From: Octopus sinensis
Lineage: Eukaryota
Length of the DNA stretch: 64,000 bases
Assembly: GCF_006345805.1 (NCBI RefSeq)
Contig: NC_043003.1
Span: forward strand, 96,348,001-96,412,000
Reading direction: 5' to 3'
The notes under the pieces are model-generated. The model was given only the letters and a program-made list of their open reading frames with translations. It ran no database searches and had not been told where the DNA came from. This document shows, piece after piece, positions 26,127-39,200 of the stretch. Made by a program: the position numbers and the translations under genes. Each line of letters begins with the position of its first letter. Position 1 is the stretch's first letter.

Positions 26127-26230
26127 GGCATATGAGGTACCAGTATTGCTGTAAAAATCAGCATCAAAAAATCCTCTGTTTGAGGATTTTTCAACTCTGA
26201 TTTTTACAGCAATGCCAGCACTCATGCTTA
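26127..26230. mobile_element. Small hairpin MITE-like element; a half copy lies at 25258-25308
   Basis: attgctgtaaaaatcag..aaaaatcctc-tgttt-gaggattttt..ctgatttttacagcaat. Confidence 0.55.
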
Positions 26231-26256
26231 GTGGTATTTTGTCTGTTTTTTATACG

Positions 26257-26410
26257 CACAGGAGTGGCTGTGTGGTAAGTAGCTTGCTTACCAACCACAT
26301 GGTTCCGGGTTCATTCCCATTGCGTGCCACCTTGGGCAAGTGTCTTCTACTATAGCCTTGGGCCGACCAAAGCCTTGTAAGTGGATTTGATAGACGGAAC
26401 TGAAAAAAGT

Positions 26411-26447
<37 letters not shown>

Positions 26448-26563
26448 TCAATAGTCAAGATAAAACTCTGAGTTTCAGATGTCGAAGTGGAAATCCACAA
26501 CACCATCTCTTCGGTTATCTGGCCAGATAACCGAAGAGATGGTGTTGTGGATTTCCACTTCGG

Positions 26564-26606
<43 letters not shown>

Positions 26607-26772
26607 ATGTGTTTGTGTTTGTCCCCCACCCCCCAACATCGCTTGACAACCAATGGTGGTGTGTTTATGTCCCCGTAACTTAGCAGTTCAGCAAAAGAGA
26701 CTGATAGAATAAGTACTAGGCTTACAAAAGAATAAGTCCTGGGGTCGATTTGCTCAAGTAAAAGAGTAAAGA
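26257..26772 (+). mobile_element. SINE family A whose internal (TA)n hosts a palindromic insertion (about 26446-26564)
   Basis: Head and tail match 25604-25998; the foreign insert is flanked by TA repeats. Confidence 0.8.
26458..26520 (-). ncRNA. Type I hammerhead ribozyme-like motif (Penelope type), overlapping an 80-bp perfect palindrome (26483-26562)
   Basis: Minus strand: agataa-CCGAAGA-gatg..catc-t-GAAA-ctc-a-gag-TT-ttatct. 6-bp helix I, near-palindromic helix III, GUU site, U4C deviation. Confidence 0.6.
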
Positions 26773-26828
<56 letters not shown>

Positions 26829-27832
26829 CACATGAATATGTGTGCATATATATTTATGAATGTATATATATGTATTCATTTATGATATATATATATATGT
26901 ATATATATATATACACACACACATATACATACACACACATGCATGCATACATATATTGACTGATATTTATCTACTCTATTATCTCTACTCTTGCAAATTT
27001 GTTTTCAGTAATTATCCTCTCTGGGTCCCATAATAATTCCAACATATCTCCAATCTCATAGAGCTGTATTTACATCAGTTATTAATCATTTGCTTGTGAA
27101 GTTTCTCGCTGTTCATTCCACATGATTCCACAATCATTCAATTTTCTGCCCTGAAAGCTTGATCCCTTTATGTTCATGCTGATGATGACTTTTCCCCTGA
27201 TCCAGATATGTCCGTTAGAATCAGACTACCCAACTCATGTTTATTTTGAAATAATGTTGATTATGTACTCTCACTGCAGGCATATCTTGACATTAAAAAA
27301 ATTCTAAACTTTTGATCTTTCTTTTTTTTTGGTTCACATTTTAAGGGATCCTTTTGTGATCAATAATCAAACACCGAAAATTTCTCTATTTTCCAATAAC
27401 AACATTCATTTTATCATGGGACACATTTTTGTGAAACTTCAGATAATTTATGGAAGAAATACCACATCATATTTAATCTCTTGTATTAAATATTTAGTGC
27501 AGTTTCTAGTGTTTCTGTTGTAGCAAACTTTAGAAAATATTCACATTTGTTGTGCTTTCTTGTAAGTTGTAGCACTTAAGAATAAAACTGTGTTTTATCA
27601 GTTACAACAGATTCATTTTATGTTAGGTAAATTTAATTTTTCAAAGTTCACCTATATAAATTTCCAAGTTAATTACTTAAATATCACCTCTAAGCTAAGA
27701 TCCATGCATCATATGAATTTTGATCATATACATCTGTTGATGTTCCAAATAATTGACTCTACAAGATGACATTTTCTTCCCTATTCAGTCCTCATCTTTG
27801 CTTGTCTACTTTGCCATTATTAGGGTGGTCTA

Positions 27833-27875
<43 letters not shown>

Positions 27876-28310
27876 ATAGCCATCTATCAAGAATATATGT
27901 TATTTTCTTTGACAGTTGAGATTCAGGTATCTTTTTAAATAGAATTTTAAATTATGAAACACTTATTCTTCTTGTATCACCTAAAAAAAGAGATTCTGTC
28001 TTTAGTGTAGATATATGAGTAAGCTTTGATTTCAAAAAAATTTACATATCCTTTTACTTGTTTCAATTATTGGACATTTTAATGATATTTCCCAATCTTC
28101 AGCAAGAAGGGTTAATTTTTTACCCAGTGTTTATTAGAAACAAAGACCGAGATGCTAACAGCATAGCCATCCCAAAATATAGAATACAATATTATGTCCA
28201 TTAAGAAATTTGAAATAAGATTTGCTTTAAAAAGAAAAGAACAGCATTCTTGTCAGCTCAAATGTTATTACGTATGCATAATGTAATAATCTATTAATAT
28301 ATTGTCCTAC

Positions 28311-28352
<42 letters not shown>

Positions 28353-28542
28353 CTGGTGATGGTTGTGGTGGGGATAGTAGTAGCAGCAGCAGCAAATATT
28401 TTTGCTACTTATTTTTATAAAAATGTGTTAGTATTATACGTAGAATTACAAAAATGATATATTTAAGATACACATACACTCATGTACATACACACACACA
28501 TGTATATATACATTCATACTTATGTGTGTGTGTGTGTGTATT

Positions 28543-28875
28543 TTCTCTTGCTTGATTCAGTCATTAGACTGTGGCCATGCTGGAGCACCGCCTTGAGGAA
28601 TTTTTGTAAAACTAATCAACCCCAGTACTTATTTTCTTTTTAAGCCTGGTACTTATTCTATCGGTCACTTTTGCTGAACCACTAGGTTATGGGAACGTAA
28701 ACGTACCAACACCTGTTGTCAAGTGGTGGTGGGGGACACAAAGACACACTTAGATATATACATATACAATGGGATTCTTTCAGTTTCCGTCTGGCTATGA
28801 TAGAAGACACTTGCCTTAAGGTGCCATGCTGTGGAAGTGAACCTGGAACTCATTACCACACAGCCACTCCTGCAT
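28543..28875 (-). mobile_element. SINE family A copy with internal deletions
   Basis: ggccatgctggagcaccgcc...ttaccacacagccactcc. Confidence 0.75.
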
Positions 28876-29170
28876 TTATAATATATATATGTTTAAAAAA
28901 AATTAAACAGAAACACAACAAAGGAATGAACCAAAGATTCACACACAAAACATTGACATGCTCTTTCCTCGTCAGTTATCAGCCAAAATATTATTACAAT
29001 TTCATGATTTTAATGATAGTATTGTTCATTTTTGGTGGGGTCAATAGCAAAAAGCTACTGGGAACAGTAAGTAAGCTTTGAGGGCAATGATGCAAACAGG
29101 TACAACACAGATAGTGTGTGTGTGAATATAAATGTAAGTATATAAACAAAATAAAAATACAGTATTTTAT

Positions 29171-29498
29171 TGTGTCTGGGGAGAGTCATTCTCTATAATG
29201 CCTTATCAATTAACACACTCACTGGTTCAATTTCCACTCATTTTTTCTTTTTTTCTAAAATTTTCATTGCTTCTTGCAAGCTCTTTCATAGTCGTTGATT
29301 TTGTCTGTTATCAGAGCTGAGTTCTTTCTTGAAACAAAAAGATCGCTGCTCTGATAACAGATAGAGTCAATCACTATTGAAGAGCTTGCAAGAAGCAATG
29401 AAAATTTTAGAAAAAATAATAAGTGAATGAGTGGAAATTGAACCAGTGAGTGTGTTAATTAATAAGGCATTAAATCAGAATGACTCTCCCCAGACACA
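29171..29498. mobile_element. Fold-back element (about 150-bp arms, 30-nt loop) of inverted Penelope-type pLTR pieces, with a hammerhead-like motif at 29374-29410
   Basis: tgtgtctggggagagtcattct...tcagagc / gctctga...agaatgactctccccagacaca. Motif: cta-TTGAAGA-g-cttgc-aagaa-gcaat-GAAA-at-TT-tag. Same family as 57324-57602. Confidence 0.75.
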
Positions 29499-30033
29499 CA
29501 CAAAAAAAATGCTTCAACAAGAATCGAATCCGTATAAGGAATTCTTGCAAACCAAAAATCCAAATACAAAAACGAAATAAAATATACAATATACAAACAA
29601 AATAAAAGCTGTGCAGCTCTGACACAAGATGTATGTATAAGTATTGCAATGGAAAAAGTGCTGTAGGACTGGAAACAGAAAGTGGACAGAAGGAAAGGTT
29701 GAATAAAAGGTGTAAAAGCAAACCCTTTGTTGGAAGTATAGAAGGAAGTGAGAGACTGAGTGAAAGGTGACTGAACAAATCAGTGGTCAAGTGAAAAAAA
29801 GGAATGGTCATAGATTGTATGGTAGTGAAAGGAGAAAGAAAAATAGTGGTGGAGGACAGAGAAATAGAAAGCAACAGAGAGGTGAGAGAGAGGGTGAAGA
29901 AAGAGATGTCACACAAAAAATTCCTACTGGGTGTAGATGCATAGACAAATTTTTAATTATACGAAAAACTATTGAAGGAAATAGAAATATTAATATTTCT
30001 AAATCTTTCTAAAGGAGACTATGGCAGCAGATC

Positions 30034-30730
30034 ACCAAGCTAACGTGGCAGTCCAGGAAAATAGGACGAATGCTGCTGTTGATTAGCTCCAAGGGGCCAT
30101 CGTCTCTAGCTAGCTATGTGACACACAAACCTCTGTCCATTATAACCTTTGAACAGAGGAGGTCAGCCGCTTCCCCTTGCTGGTCTGGCATCTACAAACT
30201 AGTTTTGGGATATTTGCCCCTTATCAATGTAGAGTAGCCAAACTCAGCAGGCATCACTCATATTTCTAAGTCTCTCTAATAGTTATTGCCAAGCTAACAT
30301 GGCACTCCAGGAAAATAAGACAAATGCTGCCATTGCTTAGCTCCAAGAGGCCATTGCCTCTAGCTAGCTAAGTGACTCACAAACCTGTGTCCATTATAAC
30401 CTCCTTTAGAGAGACTTAGAAATATTACTATTTCTATTTTTGAAGACCAGTGGATATATTCCACCGAATTTAGGTAAATAATCCTTCAAATAGATGGTCA
30501 GCAGCAATGCCTGCTGGGTTCGCCTGCTCTCCGTTGATAAGGGGCAAATACCCCAAAACTAGTTTCTAGATGCCAGTCCAGCAAGGGGAAGCGGCTGACC
30601 TCCCCTGTTCGAAGGTTATAATGGACACAGGTTTGTGTGTCACATAGCTAGCTAAAGACGATGGCCTCTTGGAGCTAATCAATGGCAGCATTTATCCTAT
30701 TTTCCTGGACTGCCATGTTAGCTTGGCGAT
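30034..30730. mobile_element. Direct + inverted repeat complex (about 225-bp unit, 115-bp partial direct copy, inverted full copy) with hammerhead-like motifs at 30191-30233 (-) and 30528-30570 (+)
   Basis: 30034-30258 matches the reverse complement of about 30505-30727; 30288-30402 is a direct partial copy. Motif: tctaca-TTGATAA-gggg-caaata-yccc-AAAA-ctag-TT-tgtaga. Confidence 0.75.
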
Positions 30731-32699
30731 AACAATTAATCTTGAAGGAAAAATAGCTTGAAATTACATATATTTACAGAGTTTTTCAGTTTTATATGCA
30801 CCAAAATAAGTGAAGTTAGGAGCATTGAAAAATAACTCAGTATTAAAGCACATAGCTTTAATCTTTTTCCTACTAGGTGCAATGTCATTTTTAGCAGTAG
30901 GAGAAATTTGGGTGTTTTCCATAATACTGAAAAGGATTTCTTCCATTTTGCAATGAGTGTGTGTCTGTGGATGTAGATAGGTAGATAAATGCAGACATAA
31001 ATATTAAATGTTAGAGTGACATTGGATGGTTCATCGGGAATTGATGGGTGAAAAGACTTCGCTAAGCCCTAATGTCTCTCTTGGTGTGGTTTCAACAGCT
31101 GGATCCCCTTCCTAATAACAACCACTTTACAGAGTGTACTAGATGTCATCATTGTCATCATGATCATTATCATCATCATCATCATCATCAACATTATTGC
31201 CAGCACTAAAGTGATAATGATAATGTTGATGAAGATTATTTGGTTTCTCTCAAGGAAAGAAATGTTGTGTCTAATTCATTGTTTTATTAACGACTGGTCA
31301 ATATTTCCTGCTAAATACTTTCAAACATGTAGTCCATCTAAAGTCATTCCAAGTATTGTATTTAACCAATTGTTTTTCAGTTTTATAAAAATTGTTTTGT
31401 TTGTTCTTCTTCAATATAAATTTATTTGTTTATCTTTATTTGAAAGAAATATCAGTCTATAAGCTTCAAAATCAAATTATGAATTGTTAATATGGTTTTG
31501 TCTTGAATCTATAATCCAGTTTTCCTTGTTTTGTCAACTGTTTACATGGTTACTTCTTTGAAAAAAAAATTTGGAAATATATATATATATTTATTTATAT
31601 ATGTATATATTATATACATACATTGACTTGAAGTTTGCTTATCCTACAGCCAGCTCAAGGCTTGTTGGTGAGACCATCCCCCTCTCTAATTTGGCATGGT
31701 ATGATGCATGTGATAGCTAGTATCTACCTTCACTTAACCCTATGTCCATACTATTGTCCTAGTCGTGAGTTTTTCAATATTTCTATTCCTTCCTTTTTGA
31801 AACTCTTTGAACATCCTGTTGTTTAATATCACCATACTGTAAACCTTTTTCATAATTTTGCAAATGATTTTTTTTTCTTGCTGTTTTTCAAAGTAGAAGA
31901 CCATCCATTACATTTTACAAACAACAGAACTCTATTGAGAAATTAATAATTTTGTTTCCTACTTAAAGTAATTTTACAGTTACAGATTGGGAGTAGCTTG
32001 GTGATTAAGGTGTTGGGATTATTATGATCAGAAAGTTGTGGGTTCAGTTCTTGGAGCAGGCAGTACATTGTGTCTTGGAGCAAACACTTTATTTCCTGTT
32101 GCTTCAGTCTACTCAATTGCATATGAATACCAGGCAAATGCCCTCTCTACCTCCTGCTGGCATATCCTTAATGTGTTGATAGATTCAGGGAGGGCAGGCC
32201 AAAAGGATGTCTGTATCTACTCATGACCACATAGGCACCTACAACAGTTAATAAGAACATGGTATATGCTACCAAGTTATGCTCATTTGTGAATGATGGC
32301 TATACTACCACATTTTAATTATACTTGTGAAGTAGCATGAATAGTAGAGTACAGGGCTAAGTGCCTTTCAATATTTAGTTTCATCCCCCTCTGCTCTGAT
32401 TTCAAATTTCATTGAGATCAACATTGCTTTTAATCATTCCAAGATCAATAAGTACTGTGGTTCAATCAACTGTAACCTACACTGCAAAATATTGGGGACT
32501 ACATTAGTGTAAGAAATTGTTATTATTTTTATCATAGAATCTATATAGTACAGTTTTTAATCACATCCATTTATATTTAGCTTTCAAATTCTACCATTAT
32601 TGGTATTGATTATTGGTACCCCTGGAATTGATAAAACTTACCAGATCCCTCTCCCAATATCTAGGTCTTATGCCTAATTTAGTAATAATAATAATAATA

Positions 32700-33405
32700 A
32701 TGGTTTCAAGTTTTGGCACAATGCAAGAAATTATGTGGGAGGAAGTAAGTCGATTAAATCATCCCAGTGCTCAACTAATTCTTCTCTTATCAACCCTGGA
32801 TGAAAGGCAAAGTTGACCCCAGCAGAATTAGAACTCAGAATCTAAAAACAGATTTGTACTCAGAATCCAAAGAAATGCCACTAAGCATTTTGCCCAGCAC
32901 ATTAATAATTCTACCAGCTTACTGCCTTAGAAATGATGACAATAATAATAATGATAATTATTATTATTATTATTATTATTATTCTTTCTACTATAGGCAC
33001 AAGACCTGAAATTTTTGGAGAGGGAACCAGTCAATTACATCGACCCCAGTGTGTAACTGGTACTTAATTTATTGATCCCAAAAGGATGAACAGCAAAGAA
33101 GACCGCCAACAGAATTTGAACTCAGAACGTAGCGATGGGCGAGATACAACTAAGCATTTTGTCCAGCATGCTAACGATTCTGCCAACTCGCTGCCCTAAT
33201 AATAATAATAATGATGATGATGACGATGATGATGCTTAGTGATATTTTGCCTGTTGCTACATTCTGAGTTCAAATTCTACCAAGGTCGACTTTGCCTTTC
33301 ATCCTTTCGGGGTCAATCAATTAAGTACCAGTGAAACACTGGGATTGATGTAATCAACCAGTCCCCTCCCACCAAATTTCAGGCCTTGTGCCTTTAGTAG
33401 AAAGT
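32700..33405. mobile_element. Three family D SINEs (two minus: 32700-32930, 32983-33200; one plus: 33235-33405) separated by AAT/GAT microsatellites
   Basis: Family D core present in both orientations. Confidence 0.75.
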
Positions 33406-36400
33406 ATTATCATTATCATTATTATTATTTCTAGATTAGGCATAGATACTGGAAGAGGGGTTGTCATTTTTATCAACCCCCAACTTGCTACTAATGTTTA
33501 TTTCATCAACCCCAATACTGACAATTGTAGAATTTGAAATCTAAACTTAAAAGGATGCCATTAAACTCTGTACTATACAGTTTCTATGATGCAAATAATA
33601 ATTTCTCACTCTATAACTAAACTTTTTGTTAAACATAAGCTTATAATAATATATAATGAAAAAAAAAAGTTTAAGCTGAGAAGCATCTATGTAAGAAATG
33701 AACAAGGCAGGATATTTCTAACTACTTTGAGTGGAAAAAAATAAACGTCTATGTAACTATTATGGACAAAGCAGGAAACTTAAGTATATAATAAAAAAAA
33801 AATTAAAATAGGGTTATATTTGATGTGAAAAATGCAGAAACATGTAACCCTTAAAAAAATAGTTAACAACTGCATGCTGTTGGATAGTTGTTATTTTTCT
33901 TTTGTTTTCAATGAGCAAAAATTATCTTGAGTGGTTAATTATTAATTAAAATGTAAATATCTAAAATTTATATAAGTAAATCAGTTTTATATTTTTATTT
34001 TCAAAGAACTATGTACCAGATTCCATCTGGACCATTTTTTATGTTTTTCCTTCTTGAGAACTGTATATCAGTTCTGTAATTTAAATACAATTATTATTGT
34101 AATCATGGTAAAGGCAGTGTGTTTGTAGAACCATTAGTGGCATTTCATCTGTCTATGTGCTCTGAGTTCAAATTCCAATAAAGTCAACCTTGTCTTTCAT
34201 TCTTTTGAGGTTGACTAAAATAAGTACCAGTCAAAAACTACTGGCTCTGTGCTGAAATTTGAAACTATTACTGTAATCATGATAAATGTATTTGTATAAT
34301 ATTCATGAATAGGATGTCATCAGAAGATATTTTATTACCTTTTATTATCTCTATATTTCTTAACATGGTGCTTAGCTGATGTTGAATTTCTGACAGTTAA
34401 TATTTTAGATGAGGATGTTGATTTATGACATGACTTAAATGTCATTTATTTAAAGATGTTGTCGTTAATAGTCTGATTATATTGTGTAATTGATGCATTC
34501 ATATGCTCGTGTTAAATCACCCATGTATTTAGACTCCTGTGCATCTGTTAGACAATGAGAAGGGGATGGCAAGAATTGATACCATAATGAAGCAGATAAT
34601 GAAACAGAGGGGACAGAAAGCAATTATTGTGAAAGCTATTTCATCTCCTCCTTCTCCCCATTGTCACAGTTGTTCTGCAGTCAGATTGTAAATATTGACT
34701 GTATATATCTCATCTTCTATATTGTTAATTTGTTGATTCTTTATTAATCACATTCTAATCGTTATATGTTTGTAATGAGTTTGTGTTTCTTATTTGTTTT
34801 TAGTGTATTTATTATACTATCTAGTTCTTTATTTTTTTCTGTAATATTTATATTTGTCTCTTCTTATGTTGTTTATTGAGCTTGTTGCAGTGTTTCTTTT
34901 CTTTCTTTTTTTTTTTTTTTTTGGTGGTGGGGTATATCTTAGTTGTAATTTCGTTTTGAAGTTATTTTTCACTAAACAAGTTAATGATTTTATTTTGGAA
35001 ATAAAATGAAAATTTTCTTGAAATTTGTCTGCTTGTCATTCCATAATTCAAGTAAGTATATCATTACTTTTGTGATTCAAAGAATTCCAGCAACAAAAAT
35101 TAAGCTGTTTATGAAGTTTAAAGTTGTGTTTAATATAAAGATAACAATTATCAGTCTGTGGGTCTTTTTGTTCTATTTTTAACAATATTTTGTGACATTT
35201 TTCCTCTTTTCTTTCTTTAATTCTGATATGTGTTTATGTGCACACATGCTTGTGCCTTACAATGGTAAACTTGTCCAATATTCTAATATAGTGACTAAAA
35301 TAATAATTGCCTGTAGTTTTAATATATTGATATTTTTAATATGACATTCAAATTCAAGGGTCTGATATTCTGCAGATTTGTAGCATTCTTTAATACTGTG
35401 AAATATGTAAGTGGTGGGGGGTCAAATCAGGAGTGTCATATAAATTATCCTGTGGTATTTAGTCTTGTTGCTCAATATCTGATTTTAAATTCCACCCATC
35501 AACTTTGCTTTGACTTCTTTCCATTCATAAAATGAGGTATCTTTTCATCTGTTCATTCAGCAAAGCTTTAAATTTCAGATGAATTGTTGCTGACCATGAG
35601 AGTACATGTCTTGTAGTTTACCACTAGATTCAGAGGTTGCTTCTATCTGACTATGTTGCTGTTGTCGTTAAAGTTATTAGTGAATCATGTATTGCTATTT
35701 GGTGTTTTGTTTGTGGAGCAATCGTTAAACTGTGTTGACTCAAAAAATTCAGTTTTATGAATCAGTTCACATTTGATAATCTACTTAGCATGTTTGTTAA
35801 GGCAGTCTTTCTTTTATGAAGGAGAAGGGAATTGGTCCCCTCCAATGGGGTTTGTGAGGTTTGACAAAGTGGCAGGAAAATTACTATGCTTAGTAAATTT
35901 AAAATTACATTGTTTTTATTTTTATTTTTTATCCATTTATTTATTTAGATAGCCATACTTCCAAGAAATCAAATACCTATAGGTTTTAACAATTGAAATT
36001 AAAGATAAAATAGCAGTGCCCCAGCGTGGCCACAGCTAATGAGCTGAAACTAGATAAAATAAAATAAAATAAAAATAAATAATTTGTCAAGATAACTTGT
36101 TCCCTTTGATTTGCAAACAAGAAATCTGCATTTCACTTCTGCCTTTCACACAGGTTTTCTCCAAGCCATTACACATGCGATTCTCAACCTTAACTAGTCC
36201 CGATGGTCATGTAAAAGATCAGCTGACCTCACAACCTGTTGACAGTTCAAATACATTAAACTTGTCATGACAGTTTGTTTTCTTTGATCTGCTTACATGG
36301 AAACTATGCATTTCCGTTCCAACCCCCCCCCCCCCGATCATCACACCCTACTTTTTTCCATTTGGGGTTTATAAATGGTTCTATATTCTCATGTACTGAT

Positions 36401-36559
36401 TCTATGTACTGAGAGCTACATATATAACTGCCATAGAGCAGTCATAATTTGCAGCACATTAATCAGTAAAGTTTATATTTAATTTGACGTTGAACTTGAA
36501 CTTAGGTAAGCAATGATCTTCTCTGATTGCATTTATTTAGGAATACAAATTTTTTATCC

Positions 36560-37620
36560 TTAGAGGTAATCTAATGGATAAGTTTCCAAAACAGAATTCT
36601 GTACAGAAGAATTTACACAGATAAAAAGAAAAGAGCAAATCCTGAGCTAAAAAAAGTGTCCAAAATTATCAGAAATTATTGCAATGGTAGACGTGTTATT
36701 TTTTATGCTAGAACCTGTTAATGAATGATAATTGTTTCTTCAGAAGATCACTTGATAGGAAAGTTATTATGAAGATCATGAATGTCATTAAAACCAATCC
36801 AACTAATGTCTGATTATTTTCTCAGCCATCCAATGCCAAGAGCTGCTTATAAAAACTTGCTACTGGACTTGGAAGTTTGATGGTTGTCATATGAAAAAAT
36901 TCTTTAAAAAATAATTGAGCCTCTTAACAAAATATATTATTTATTTTTTATTTTTTTGTCACTAAAAAAAATCTAGCAAATTTCTGACCGAGAAGAAATT
37001 TGTGTTATATTTATCATATTTTGCTTACTTCTTCAATAAAGTTAATGCTTTCATCATGAACCTTTAAAGAGAACATTACCACATGGAAAGAAACTGAGAA
37101 ATTAGTAAACTGAATTATTATCAAGAAATTACAAGTCATTTCCTACTTCTCTAACTTTTTTAAAAGCAACAGAAATTGCAACCATTACCAGAAATATCTT
37201 CTTTGAACATCTAAAGAAAAGTGATAATTTTATGTATAAATACTTCCTGGGATTCCAGATAAAATTACAATTGGATAGTGAATCCAATTATGCAATATTA
37301 AAGAAATTTTGGAAGTGTTAAGAAAAGAAATTATTGATATGGAATGTTATTTTGAAAACGTTTCACTCTTGTAAAATTTCAAACCTTTTGGAGTAAATTT
37401 GTATCTACTCAACAGCACTCAAATTGCTGAAAGAAGGCTCTACAAATTCTGCTTCTGTTCATCTCAACATATTTGTGTTGGAAAAAACTTTTCTGCTTTA
37501 GCAAGAATAACAAAATACAGATGTCCCCAACAAGTGAAAGGTGTCATGTGACTTGCCTTGACAACTGTTTGCTTTAATATCAGTTATTTCGTCAATAAAC
37601 ATAACATTCAAAGTTAATCA
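36560..37620 (+). mobile_element. Decayed hAT (Charlie/Buster/ZBED5-like) transposase remnant
   Basis: Manual reading: KIMNVIKTNPTNV*LFSQ; LLLDLEV*WLS (cf. LLLHTEVRWLS); FWSK..QIAERR; LLLFISTYLC/FSAL..TKYR (hAT dimerisation domain-like). Many frameshifts; boundaries approximate. Confidence 0.65.
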
Positions 37621-38559
37621 CCACATTGATATGACTGTTCAATGTTACTCTTGTTTTAACCCTAGGCAGATCTGCCGGCTGGTTATAGGTGCAGCCTGCA
37701 CACTGTATATATTGCAAACAGGGGAGCAAACTCCTACCATCCTCCAGCAAATGACAAGATCATGTGACTGGCTCAGTTTCAAGCTATTTTTGTTCATCTT
37801 CAGTCATGAACATCTGGCTGCTAACATTATTATAGGCTTTATTTATGTGTACAATTTATTTTCAAATAAATTACTTCCAACTTTTGAAACTTGTCCAAAT
37901 CCATGGCAAAATAAATAAGTGAATAAAAATAAAATAGAAAAGAATCACATGGAGGTAAAATACTTTTGCATTTATTTGCAAAGAGGCTCATAATTTTCAC
38001 TAATGATTTGGCAGGGAGGCCTGATATTTGTCATGCTGAGAACTATTGGTAAACTGTATTAAGGTGTTTAAGATGTTTTGATATTTCACAAATTGTCCAG
38101 TGTTTGCATAAAACACAAGCATTTAGACTCGGATTGTATGCATCTCATATGACTGATTGTTAAGACCATAATTTCATTGTGTTGTATACTGCAAGTATAG
38201 TGTCACCTAACCAGGAGGATTTCTGTTCACTTACTGTTAATTTGTATTTTAAATAGATGATGTTTTCTAAGTTCAAAATGTTTAACTGTGATTAAACTTA
38301 TAGATATTTATAACTTGAGATTTCTTGATGATTGTTTTAAAGTTCAGTTGTATGTATGTATATGCATACTTACAGTTGAGTATTAAAACAATCACCGAGT
38401 GCCAGAATGTGTATCTGTACAGTTATTAGCACCTAATTTTATATTTAATTTTTCAGTAAGCAATAACAATTGGTACACATTTATAACCAATACAAAAGTA
38501 AATGTCATAAGCTCCTCAATGAAAATCAAACCATGCTTATACTATGTTAAGTTGTTGTG

Positions 38560-39200
38560 CTCAGGGAGTTCTCAATAAAACCTGTCGCATATTCACAAAG
38601 CAAATAAATACACCCTATATGTAAAATACAGTTCAACATTGTAAGCAGAAGAAACACTATACTTGACAAGTTTACTATTAGCTTGCTATACTCAACATTT
38701 TTTATCAGGAAACTTAGATATAAAATAGCTTCCTGTCTTGGAGAATTATGGGATTTACCTTTCATTTCATTAATGTTACAAATTGCTAGGTAGATTTCTT
38801 TGTCTGTGAAACCCTGTAGCTTTGACGCAGTCATCTTTATATCAATAAAGTTTATTTCAAAACTTACTCACTTTTTCATATTTCCTCAACTTTTATCATG
38901 TCCTGGTTTATATACTAAATAGAGTCAGGAATCTTTTCTTGAACCAAATTTTGAACTGTTTCATTATCTTCATTTGAGGAACCACTCTGGTGATTTCTTA
39001 TATCACTCATTAAATAACATAATGGAAATTCGTTTTTGATTATGACAAATGTATTTCTTAGGTTTTGTGTCTCCAAATCTTGACTGTTATTATCTTATTG
39101 AGATATTGCATTTGTCTCCTCTTTTATTTATTGGTTATTGAAGAATTATATAAACATATGCATATTTAATTTGGTGTAAGTTCATGGTTTTAAAAAATCC
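38560..39200 (-). mobile_element. Possible second decayed DNA-transposase remnant (hAT-like)
   Basis: Only a weak VSSAYNVE..F resemblance to the S..VER.FS motif, plus coding-like composition. Confidence 0.25.
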
